NCBI GenBank assembly: GCA_005882765.1
Contig: VBDV01000114.1
Coordinates: 1 to 63,109, forward strand
From: Chloroflexota bacterium
Lineage (GTDB): Bacteria; Chloroflexota; Limnocylindria; P2-11E
Length of the DNA stretch: 63,109 nucleotides
Direction: 5' to 3'
Part shown: piece by piece, positions 1-7,797 of the stretch
Numbering within the stretch: the stretch's first letter is position 1
Layout: every line of letters starts with the position of its first letter
Notes under the pieces: model-generated
What the model was told of the DNA's origin: nothing
Database searches by the model: none
What the model saw: only the letters and a program-made list of their open reading frames with translations
Program-made: the position numbers and the translations under genes

Positions 1-1
1 G

Positions 2-1423
2 AACGGCCTGCCGGCCCTCGTCGTGGTCGGGCTACCGGACGCGGCGGTGCAGGAAGCACGCGAGCGCGTTCGCGCCGCGGTGCGGAACTCCGGGTTCGAG
101 TTCCCGCTCCGTCGAGTTACCGTGAACCTCGCGCCGGCGGAGCGCCGCAAGGAAGGAACCGGGTTCGAGCTCGCGATCGCCCTCGGAATCCTCCGCGCGA
201 GCGGGCAGCTGCGCGTGGACGTGACCGCTCTCTGTCTCGGCGAGCTCGCGCTCGACGGGGCGCTGCGCCCGGTGCGCGGGACGATGCCACGCGTGCGTCA
301 CGCCGCGACGCACGGCGTCCGCGAGGTTTTTGCTGCGAGTGCGAACGCGGGCGAGGCCGCCGCGTGCGGGGTCGAGGCGTTCGGCTTCGCGTCGCTTCGC
401 GAGGTCGTCGATCACCTGGAAGGCCGCGTGCGCGTGGCATCGACGCCGGTGCCCCCGCGAGCCGCGGCGCCACCGCACCCGGTCGATCTCGCGCACATTG
501 CAGGGCAGGAGACGCCGAAGCGCGCGCTCGAGATCGCCGCGGCCGGCGGGCACAATCTGCTCTTCGTCGGCCCACCCGGGAGCGGGAAGACGATGCTCGC
601 GCGAGCTCTCGAATCGATCCTCCCGCCGCTTGACGACGCCGAGGCGATCGCGGCAAGCGCGGTCCACAGCGTGGCCGGGCTCATCGATCCGCGCCATCCC
701 GTCCTGACCGCGCGCCCTTTCCGCGCGCCGCATCACACCGCGTCGCACCTCTCGCTCGTCGGCGGAGGATCGCCGCCACGTCCGGGCGAAGTCAGCTTGG
801 CGCATTGCGGAGCACTTTTCCTGGACGAGATCGCCGAGTTCTCGCGAAGCGTGCTGGACACGCTGCGCGAGCCACTCGAGGAGCACGCCGTCACCATCTC
901 CCGCGCGGGCGGCGCCGCGACATACCCGGCGCGGTTCGTCCTCGTCGCCGCGATGAACCCATGTCCCTGCGGCTTCTGGGGGGATGCCGACCGCGAGTGC
1001 ACCTGTCTCCCGGAGCAGATCGAGCGCTATCGCGGGAAGCTTTCGGGTCCACTGCTCGATCGTGTGGACCTGCGGGTACATGTTCCGCGTGTTCCCTTCG
1101 AGCGATTGCGGCACGACGGCCCCGAACGTTCCGCGGATGTGCGCGAGCGCGTCCTCGCAGCCCGCGAGCGCATGCGCGTGCGCCTCGCGGCGACCGGCCG
1201 TCGCGTGAACGCCGATCTCACCGTGTCCGAGGTGAAGCGGTTCTGCTCCGTCGACTTCGAGACCGAACACCTTCTTGCTGAGGCAGTCTCGGCGCGGCGG
1301 CTCTCCGCGCGCGGATATCACCGCGTTCTCCGTGTAGCGCGCACCGCGGCGGATCTCGCCGGCAGCGACTCACTGCGCGCCGAGGACGTCGGGCTCGCGC
1401 TGCTGCTCCGCTCCGATCCGTGA
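2..1423 (+). CDS. comM: YifB/ComM family Mg-chelatase-like AAA+ ATPase (5' end outside the window)
   Basis: The ORF is open to the window edge. It carries a Walker A motif (GPPGSGKTMLARAL), a Walker B-like motif (ALFLDEIAEF), the Cys cluster NPCPCG...CTC, and the C-terminal SARGYHRVLRVARTAADL typical of the family. Confidence 0.9.
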   Translation, partial: NGLPALVVVGLPDAAVQEARERVRAAVRNSGFEFPLRRVTVNLAPAERRKEGTGFELAIALGILRASGQLRVDVTALCLGELALDGALRPVRGTMPRVRHAATHGVREVFAASANAGEAAACGVEAFGFASLREVVDHLEGRVRVASTPVPPRAAAPPHPVDLAHIAGQETPKRALEIAAAGGHNLLFVGPPGSGKTMLARALESILPPLDDAEAIAASAVHSVAGLIDPRHPVLTARPFRAPHHTASHLSLVGGGSPPRPGEVSLAHCGALFLDEIAEFSRSVLDTLREPLEEHAVTISRAGGAATYPARFVLVAAMNPCPCGFWGDADRECTCLPEQIERYRGKLSGPLLDRVDLRVHVPRVPFERLRHDGPERSADVRERVLAARERMRVRLAATGRRVNADLTVSEVKRFCSVDFETEHLLAEAVSARRLSARGYHRVLRVARTAADLAGSDSLRAEDVGLALLLRSDP

Positions 1424-2268
1424 TCGGTATCGGTCCGGCCGATTCGCGCTACCCGCCGGGCCTTCTCGATCTCCGCTGTCCTCCCGACCCGTTATGGGTG
1501 GACGGCGAGACGGCGCCGCTCGCATCGCGCGCGGTGAGCATCGTCGGCACGCGTCGCATGACGCCGTACGGCGCGCGGGTCGCGCGCGAGCTGGCGTCGG
1601 CGTGCGCGGAGGCGGGGGTCGTCGTTGTCTCTGGGCTGGCGCAGGGGGTCGACAGCGCCGCGCACCACGGCGCGCTCGATGCCCGGGGCAAGACCATTGC
1701 GGTGCTCGGCGCGGGGATCCCCTCGTATCTCCGCGAGGCGCGGGGACGGCGGCGAACTCTCGCGCACGCGATTCGCGCGAGCGGCGCTCTCGTTTCGGAA
1801 TTTCCTCCGGAGGCACCACCGCAGATTTGGACCTTCGCGCAGCGCGACTCGACTATCGCGGCGCTCGGCGAGCTCACCGTTGTGGTCGAAGCACCAATTG
1901 GGTCCGGAGCGCTTATCACCGTCAAAGAGGCGCGCCGACTTTGTCGTCCGGTGTATGCGGTACCGGGGCCCATCGGCGTTGCCGCGTCGGCCGGTGCGAA
2001 CGCGCTGATCGCGACGGGCGCGGCGAAGGCGCTGACGGACCCCGCCATGTTGCTCGCTGCGCTCGGCGCCTCGGCGCGAGTCCGTGCGCCGGATGGCGAT
2101 GACCTCGACTCGCGGATCCTCGATGCGCTCGCGAGCTCGCCCGCGGGACCCGACGCGCTGGCGCGACGTGTCGGTGTGAACGCCGGTCCCTTGTCATCGC
2201 ATCTCGCGCGTCTTGTCATCCGCGGAGTCATCGCAGCGACTCCCGATGGACGGTTCGTGCGCCGTTAG
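1420..2268 (+). CDS. dprA: DNA-processing protein DprA (Smf)
   Basis: GTGA overlap with comM. Rossmann-like core motifs VSGLAQGVDSAAHHGAL and AVLGAGI are present, followed by a C-terminal winged-helix-like tail. Confidence 0.85.
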   Translation: MIGIGPADSRYPPGLLDLRCPPDPLWVDGETAPLASRAVSIVGTRRMTPYGARVARELASACAEAGVVVVSGLAQGVDSAAHHGALDARGKTIAVLGAGIPSYLREARGRRRTLAHAIRASGALVSEFPPEAPPQIWTFAQRDSTIAALGELTVVVEAPIGSGALITVKEARRLCRPVYAVPGPIGVAASAGANALIATGAAKALTDPAMLLAALGASARVRAPDGDDLDSRILDALASSPAGPDALARRVGVNAGPLSSHLARLVIRGVIAATPDGRFVRR

Positions 2269-3353
2269 CGCGACGGCGTGATCTTCACGATCCGGTCCCC
2301 ACTGCCACTGCTAGTCGTCACGAGGAGCGAACCGTCGGGGGTCGACGTGACCGCGCGAAGGCGTCCGTATTTCTGATCGAGAAAGATCTCGTGCTCGGTC
2401 GCATGCGTCTCCGCGATGCTGAACCGGCGGAGATCCTGCTCTTTGAGGGTCGCGACGATGAGCGACCCCGTCCACGTACCCCATCCCGGACCTGAAAGGA
2501 AATCCGCACCGGCGACGCCGAGCGACGACGTGCCCGAGCTCCAGGCTGGATCCGCGAAACCACGGTTCGATCCGGCCGCCGGACCGAGGACGGTGGGCCA
2601 GCCGAAGTTCGCCCCCGCCGAGACCTCGTCGATCTCGTCCTGCGTCTGGTCGCCGGCATCGACGACGAAACAGGTTCCGGTTGTCGGCTGGAACGTGAGG
2701 CCGCCCGGATTGCGGAGTCCCAGCGCGTAGACGGCGGTCGGCGACGACTGGCCTTTGAGCGTCGGGTTGTCGCTCGGGACCGTGCCGTCCGAGTTGATCC
2801 GAAGCACCTTGCCGTTGAGCGAGGTGGCGTCCTGCGCGCGCGCAGGCTGTCCGCCGTCGCCCGTAGCGATCCAGAGCTTCCCATCGGGTCCGAAACGCAT
2901 GCGGCAGACATCGTGAAGGCCGCTGGCGACGATCCCCGCACGCAGGATGGTCGTGTCGACCGTGAGCTCATTCGCCGACGCGCGGTAGCGCAGGACCTGG
3001 TTTCGCCATTCGCCCTGGTCGAGACGCGACGCGCAGACATAGAAGAGCTGATTCCGCGAAAAGTCCGGGTCGAGCGCCAGGCCGAGGAGGCCGGCTTCGC
3101 CCATCGCGCGAACCCCTGAGACCTGTGCCGATGCGGTGCGCTTGGCCATCGCCGCGGTGCTCTCGAACACACTGATCGTCCCGGGCCGCTCCGTGACGAA
3201 CATGCGTCCGTCGCCCGCGACCGCGACCTCCCATGGGACGATGAGTCCTGACTGGATCACGGTCTCGGTGAACGCCGGGCCTGCCGGCTGACTTGACGGG
3301 ACGAGGATCCCGCCGCCCGACGCGCACGCGCCCGCAAGGAGCCCGAAGACCAT
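2265..3353 (-). CDS. PQQ-dependent sugar (sorbosone/glucose) dehydrogenase family lipoprotein
   Basis: Motifs GLLGLALDPDF, LWIATGDGG, GKVLRINSDGTVPSDNP and YALGLRNPGGLTF. The start was trimmed to the ATG at 3353, giving the signal/lipobox MVFGLLAGAC. The 198-codon upstream extension in the ORF track is Arg-rich filler. Confidence 0.75.
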   Translation of the reverse strand: MVFGLLAGACASGGGILVPSSQPAGPAFTETVIQSGLIVPWEVAVAGDGRMFVTERPGTISVFESTAAMAKRTASAQVSGVRAMGEAGLLGLALDPDFSRNQLFYVCASRLDQGEWRNQVLRYRASANELTVDTTILRAGIVASGLHDVCRMRFGPDGKLWIATGDGGQPARAQDATSLNGKVLRINSDGTVPSDNPTLKGQSSPTAVYALGLRNPGGLTFQPTTGTCFVVDAGDQTQDEIDEVSAGANFGWPTVLGPAAGSNRGFADPAWSSGTSSLGVAGADFLSGPGWGTWTGSLIVATLKEQDLRRFSIAETHATEHEIFLDQKYGRLRAVTSTPDGSLLVTTSSGSGDRIVKITPSR

Positions 3354-3419
3354 CGTTGCCGCGAGCCCGCGACCACCCACCGCGGCCCATTCTCCACGAC
3401 GCCGTGCCAGACTCGGGCG

Positions 3420-5213
3420 ATGCCCCCTTCTCTGATACGGATCCTCGACGCGCGGGGCGCTTCGCGCCTCGCGCTCTCCCCCGATGCGGGGACCCTCTAC
3501 TACGTCAGCGATCTCACCGGAACGATGCAGCTCTGGAGCGTTCCGGTCGCCGGCGGCGTCCCGCAACGCCTCTCGTATGAGGCCGACCGCGTCGGCGCGT
3601 ACAGCCTGTCGCCCGATGGGACAAAGATCGCGTACGGTGCCGACGAAGGCGGCGACGAACGGTGGGCACTCTGGGTGATGAACGCGGACGGGACCGAGGC
3701 GCGCCGGCTGTCGACCGTGCGCGATCGGATCCACCACGTCGTCGCGTGGACCCCGGACGGCCGCGGCGTGCTCGTGTTCGCCAATCTGCGCGACGAGCGG
3801 TTCTTCGATCTGCACGAATTCCCTGCCGGAGGTGGTACGCCGAAACTGCGATTCCGTCATGACGGGACCGGCTTTGGAGCGGCCGCCCTCGGTGACGGCC
3901 GTGTCGTGGTCACCACCAACCGCGCGCGCGGCGATCAGAACCACTTGTCGCTAGTCGAGCGCGACGGTTCGATCAAGCGGCTCACGCCCGAAACGCCGAT
4001 CGCGATGCACGAGTCGGCGCACCCCTTCGCGGACGGAATCCTCGCGCTCTCCGACCGCGATCGCGACATGGCGTCGATCGCGAGCATCGGCCTGAACGGA
4101 TCCTTCAGCTATCTCGTTGCGCCGGACCGCGTCGTCGACGAGCTCGAGGTCGCCGGCGAGCGAGTCGCCTACGCGCTGAACATCGATGGCCGCTCCGAGG
4201 TCCGGCTTCTCTTGAACGGGACGGACGCGCCGGTCGGCGGCCTGCCGCCCGGCGACCTCGCGACCGACCTCATCGGCAACAGCCTCGCGGTCGCGCCGGA
4301 TGGCACGGTCGCGGTCGCGTGGGCCCGATTCGACCAGCCCTCCGCCGTCTACGTCGCGGCGCCCGGCCGCCCGGCGAAGGTCGTAGTGCCGCCACAGATG
4401 GCGGGCCTTTCAGCGGAGGGACTCCCCGAAGAGGAGCTCGTGTCATGGCGGTCGTTCGACGGGCGGACGATCCCAGGATTCCTGCTGCGTCCGCGTGGCG
4501 CCCCGAAGGGTGCACGCCCAACCGTGGTCCAGGTGCACGGTGGTCCCGAGGGTCAGGCGCGCCCGCTCTGGAACCCGCTCACGGTGGCGCTCGTCGGCGC
4601 CGGATTCAACGTGCTCCAGCCGAACGTCCGCGGCTCGAGCGGATACGGCCGCGGATACATGTCACTCGACGACGTGCGCCTGCGTATGGACTCGGTGCGC
4701 GACCTTGACGCGGCGGCCGGGTGGCTCGCGGAATCCGGTGTCGCGCCGGCAGATCGGATCGGCGTGATCGGCGGCTCGTACGGCGGATTCATGACGCTCG
4801 CGGCCATCACGTTCTGCGCGGAGCGAAAGTGGGCCGCCGCGGTGGACATCGTGGGCATCGCGAGCTTTAGGACGTTCTTCGCGCGGACGGCGGCGTGGCG
4901 GAGGCCGCTCCGCGCCGCGGAGTACGGCGATCCGGAGAAAGACGCGGACTTCCTCGAATCGATCTCACCCATCAACTTCATCGACCGTATCCAGGCGCCG
5001 CTCATGGTGATCCACGGCGCCAACGATCCGCGCGTCCCCGTGCAGGAGGCCGAGCAGATCGTCTCGACCCTCCGCTCGCGCGGTCGCGAGGTGGATTACC
5101 TCCGGTACGAGGACGAGGGCCACGGTCTCGCCAAAGCGAAGAACCGCGCGGACGCGTGGCCGAAAGTCGTGCGGTTCTTCGAGAAGCACATGGGTCCGTT
5201 CCCCGTGGCGTGA
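3420..5213 (+). CDS. S9 family serine peptidase (TolB-like beta-propeller plus prolyl oligopeptidase/acylaminoacyl-peptidase catalytic domain)
   Basis: N-terminal PD40-like repeats (SLSPDGTKIAYG, WTPDG). Nucleophile elbow GGSYGGFM and a C-terminal IHGANDPRVP...EGH Asp/His region. Confidence 0.85.
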   Translation: MPPSLIRILDARGASRLALSPDAGTLYYVSDLTGTMQLWSVPVAGGVPQRLSYEADRVGAYSLSPDGTKIAYGADEGGDERWALWVMNADGTEARRLSTVRDRIHHVVAWTPDGRGVLVFANLRDERFFDLHEFPAGGGTPKLRFRHDGTGFGAAALGDGRVVVTTNRARGDQNHLSLVERDGSIKRLTPETPIAMHESAHPFADGILALSDRDRDMASIASIGLNGSFSYLVAPDRVVDELEVAGERVAYALNIDGRSEVRLLLNGTDAPVGGLPPGDLATDLIGNSLAVAPDGTVAVAWARFDQPSAVYVAAPGRPAKVVVPPQMAGLSAEGLPEEELVSWRSFDGRTIPGFLLRPRGAPKGARPTVVQVHGGPEGQARPLWNPLTVALVGAGFNVLQPNVRGSSGYGRGYMSLDDVRLRMDSVRDLDAAAGWLAESGVAPADRIGVIGGSYGGFMTLAAITFCAERKWAAAVDIVGIASFRTFFARTAAWRRPLRAAEYGDPEKDADFLESISPINFIDRIQAPLMVIHGANDPRVPVQEAEQIVSTLRSRGREVDYLRYEDEGHGLAKAKNRADAWPKVVRFFEKHMGPFPVA

Positions 5214-5304
5214 GGAGCGCCGGGGTCCTCTTCGCTCGGCCCCGGTGGGATCGCGATGGACCGTCCGTTAGGGGCCGCTCGCTCAGACGACCCCGACGCT
5301 CCTC
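5212..5304. repeat. Roughly 93-nt imperfect palindromic (hairpin) repeat unit, copy A
   Basis: The arms gaggagcgccggggtcctcttcgctcggcccc and ggggccgctcgctcagacgaccccgacgctcctc are largely complementary. The unit begins inside the peptidase stop codon. The 42-nt core at 5215-5256 matches the reverse complement of 5790-5831 and of 5846-5887 at 40/42 positions. Confidence 0.75.
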
Positions 5305-5343
5305 ACCCCGCACTTCCCTGCAGCCCGCGGTCGTAGGCGGTTT

Positions 5344-5667
5344 TCAATTTGGCGGGTCTTCGGGGGGATCAGCAAGTGGACCTGCAAGGATAAAACTGAA
5401 CTCTCTGGCTAGCTTCTTCTCGTCAATGAGGTGATCCCCGCCGCCAGGTGAGTAGGTCGCCAGGTCGTAGGACAACTCCTCGTAGAACTCCGCGCCCTTG
5501 AACTGAGTCCTCACAAGGATCTCGATCTCATTAGTGAACCGTAGAGATTGGTCGTCCCCTCGAACGAAGCGTTCCAACATCTCGCGCAGACGACGGCGTG
5601 CGTCGTCGGTCATCGGGAGCACAGTCCCCTGCATCCCTAAGCGCTCACGTATCGACCCGAACGTCAT
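5344..5667 (-). CDS. Hypothetical small acidic protein (107 aa), low-GC orphan
   Basis: The ORF was trimmed to the ATG at 5667 (MTFGSIRERLG...); the upstream part of the track ORF only reads through the repeat. It is visibly less GC-rich than its flanks, with many A/T-ending codons. No motif was recognised, and the SD (GAGAAG) is weak. Confidence 0.5.
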   Translation of the reverse strand: MTFGSIRERLGMQGTVLPMTDDARRRLREMLERFVRGDDQSLRFTNEIEILVRTQFKGAEFYEELSYDLATYSPGGGDHLIDEKKLAREFSFILAGPLADPPEDPPN

Positions 5668-5740
5668 GGCTTCTCGGATCGTCGTGCGCGTCTCCAAAAA
5701 ACATACGGGCACAGCGGCTTGAGCGGGCCCGAAGCGTATC

Positions 5741-5831
5741 GAGCAGCGTCGGGGTCTTCTGAGCGAGCCGCCCCCAGGCGGCGGTCCATCGCGATCCCAC
5801 CGGGGCCGAGCGAAGAAGACCCCGGCGCTGC
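5741..5831. repeat. Hairpin repeat unit, copy B1 (inverted relative to copy A)
   Basis: Near full-length reverse-complement match to 5212-5304, and itself palindromic. Confidence 0.75.
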
Positions 5832-5845
5832 CCGTCGGTGCAGAC

Positions 5846-5887
5846 CGCGATCCCACCGGGGCCGAGCGAAGAAGACCCCGGCGCTGC
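5846..5887. repeat. Half-unit tandem duplicate, copy B2
   Basis: 42 nt identical to 5790-5831 (cgcgatcccaccggggccgagcgaagaagaccccggcgctgc). It ends at the kinase stop codon. Confidence 0.8.
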
Positions 5888-7753
5888 TTACACCTCTAGG
5901 TCGTGGCTGCTCCCACGGCAAGCGGCAGGGTGAACGCGAACGTGCTCCCGTGGCCGGCGCCCTCGCTCTCCGCCCACGTTCTGGTCGACTGTGATCGACA
6001 GGAGGATCGGCTCGCCCGTTGGCGAGTACTTGATCGCATTGGAGATCAGGTTGTCGAGAAGCTGCGCGAACCGCGCCTCCCCGATCGCGACGCGCACCGG
6101 CTCGACCGGTCCATCGAGGTCGATCCGAGCACCACGAATACGCGCGCGGGCGATGGCCTGCCGCGCTTGGGCCGCGGCATCCACCGGCCCCTCGTCACCC
6201 GGCTGCTGCTCCGTGCTCAAAAGGTCGGCCATCAGGCGCTCGAGCTGAGTGAGCTGGCCCTGTACCGCCTGCAGGTTCCGTGACATGAGGGTCGCGTAGC
6301 CATGCACCGCGGTGAGCGGGTTACGAAGCTCGTGCACGGCAGTGGTCAGGGCGTCCTCCTTCGCGCGGAGCGCCCCACCGAGGCTTTGGACGTCGCGGCC
6401 GAGCTCGGTCGCGGCGAGCTGCAGCGCGTCCCGCTCGGCGAGGAGCGCGAGGCGGTCACGTGCGGCGCGGGCAACGCTCTCGAGCGGCGCGAGGCGCGCG
6501 GTCAACACCTCCGGTGAACCCAGCGCAGCGAGGACCCGGCCTTCGGAGAGGTTCACGAGCGCGACCGTCGTATCGGAACCCAGGGTCTGCGATGCGAGGG
6601 GCGCGACGCTTGCGCTGACGATCGCCGGTAGGCGGCGATCGCGGGCGAGCTCCGCGAGCGGACCGCCCGGGAGATCGCCGACGACGACCATTCCATCCGA
6701 CGGTCGGACGATCGCCGCCCGTCCGCTCGCGATGCGCCCCGCGCCGAGCACGGTCGATGCGAGAACGCCGGCCTGCGTGCGCTCACCGTCGATCTCCGCG
6801 ATCGCTCGCGCGGCGTCATCGAGTGCGCGCAGCTCGGCTTCACGTCGCGTGCGCTCGAACGCCGCCGAAAGGAGCGAGGCGGCGTCGCCGACCAGGTCGT
6901 GTATCGCGCCGGCGGTCATCGCGCGGTCCTCCTCGTGAATCGCGTCGAGCGCGACGCCGACCGTCAGCGCCGGCTCGACCGAGATCGGGATCGACAGACC
7001 GGCCAGTTCCGGGACGATGCGCTCGAGCGCCGACGGAGACCGCAGCGCTCGGAGGGATTCCGCCGAGACGACCATCTCTGCCGCCGGCGCGGCGCCGGTC
7101 GTGACCGTTGTGTGCACGCGTTGGTCAGGCCCGAGGGCCCATACCCAGGCACCGCGCACGCTCTGCAGACGAGCGAGCTCGTGGACGAGCGCGCGAAGCA
7201 CTTCGTCGGGCTCGCGCTGGCGGGTCAATCCGCTGAGCGCACGAACGTGGATGCGGGACCAGAGCGTGTCGACGTCCTCGCGCCCGAGGGCCCAGACGAT
7301 CTCGGCGATCACGAGTCCGATCGCGATGAGGGCCTGCACCGGCCAGAGGTCGGTCGCACGCGCCTGCTCTCCACGCGCGACGAGCATCGCGTCATAACCG
7401 ACGACCGCCAGGGCCGTCGCCGCGACGGCACCCAGGGGCCCGGAACGAAGGGCCGCGACGCCGATGGCGAAGGCGTAGAGGATCCACGAGCCGAGTGCGA
7501 GCGGCAACGCGAAGACGAGTCCGGTCACCGCGGCGAGGTCGAGTACGGGTACGACGAAGGGGACCCTTTGAAGTGGGGGGTAGTACCGCACGCTGACCGC
7601 GGCCGCGAGATAGAGCACCAGGACGAGGGCGGCGAGCGAGGTTGCGCCGACTCCGGCGAGCAGGACGAGGGTTCCGCCGAGGGCGATCGCTGCCAGACGG
7701 ATGAGCAGGTGGGCGCGCTCGCGCGCTACGGTGGCTGCCGCCGTCCGCCCCAC
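5888..7753 (-). CDS. Membrane sensor histidine kinase (multi-TM, GAF-like region, HisKA) with a deleted and frameshifted HATPase_c core; possible pseudogene or pseudokinase
   Basis: Hydrophobic N-terminus, H-box VHELRNPLTAV and N-box LISNAIKYSP. Only about 40 codons follow the N-box, and there are no DxGxG or GxGLGL boxes. The normal domain end ESEGAGHGSTFAFTLPLA is readable in the adjacent frame (stop at 5896-5898). Confidence 0.7.
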   Translation of the reverse strand: MGRTAAATVARERAHLLIRLAAIALGGTLVLLAGVGATSLAALVLVLYLAAAVSVRYYPPLQRVPFVVPVLDLAAVTGLVFALPLALGSWILYAFAIGVAALRSGPLGAVAATALAVVGYDAMLVARGEQARATDLWPVQALIAIGLVIAEIVWALGREDVDTLWSRIHVRALSGLTRQREPDEVLRALVHELARLQSVRGAWVWALGPDQRVHTTVTTGAAPAAEMVVSAESLRALRSPSALERIVPELAGLSIPISVEPALTVGVALDAIHEEDRAMTAGAIHDLVGDAASLLSAAFERTRREAELRALDDAARAIAEIDGERTQAGVLASTVLGAGRIASGRAAIVRPSDGMVVVGDLPGGPLAELARDRRLPAIVSASVAPLASQTLGSDTTVALVNLSEGRVLAALGSPEVLTARLAPLESVARAARDRLALLAERDALQLAATELGRDVQSLGGALRAKEDALTTAVHELRNPLTAVHGYATLMSRNLQAVQGQLTQLERLMADLLSTEQQPGDEGPVDAAAQARQAIARARIRGARIDLDGPVEPVRVAIGEARFAQLLDNLISNAIKYSPTGEPILLSITVDQNVGGERGRRPREHVRVHPAACRGSSHDLEV

Positions 7754-7797
7754 TGCGCCGGTCTAACGCATGCGAGGCGTCTCGCGATGCGGGGCTG

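Noticed and set aside
90-170. gggttcgag-type strings resembling tRNA T-arm sequences.
   Set aside because: They lie inside the comM reading frame and lack acceptor, D and anticodon arm complementarity. No cloverleaf could be drawn anywhere in the window's intergenic regions.
32-1321. Long antisense or out-of-frame ORFs overlapping confident genes. Examples: 32-1321(-), 7849-10149(+), 10180-11346(-), 13251-14315(-), 16903-18492(-), 25495-27159(-), 38274-40331(-), 43022-44239(-), 45131-46162(-), 49211-50194(-), 55552-56697(+), 58160-59554(-), 61699-62706(+).
   Set aside because: Their products are Arg/Gly/Ala/Pro/Asp-rich low-complexity strings with no motifs. Each mirrors a gene with clear family signatures on the other strand or frame. 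Long stop-free shadow frames are expected in DNA this GC-rich.
2265-3944. N-terminal extensions of track ORFs, which looked like unusually long proteins or overlapping divergent genes. Examples: 2265-3944, 15665-16966, 21433-22581, 23262-24353, 28524-30536, 30248-31507, 36232-38439, 42260-44197.
   Set aside because: The extensions are compositionally filler and overlap neighbouring genes. In each case an internal start gives a proper signal peptide or lipobox, a family-typical N-terminus, or a start-stop overlap with the upstream gene.
5212-5304. Hairpin repeats flanking a small promoterless ORF, considered as integron attC sites or a gene cassette.
   Set aside because: There is no integron integrase or attI in the window. 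The unit ends do not match the RYYYAAC/GTTRRRY core sites, and the cassette lies between convergent genes rather than in an array.
5790-5887. Two identical 42-nt direct repeats separated by 14 nt, considered as a minimal CRISPR array.
   Set aside because: There are only two copies, the 'spacer' is far too short, and the repeats are halves of a larger palindromic unit that also occurs inverted at 5212-5304. No cas genes are present.
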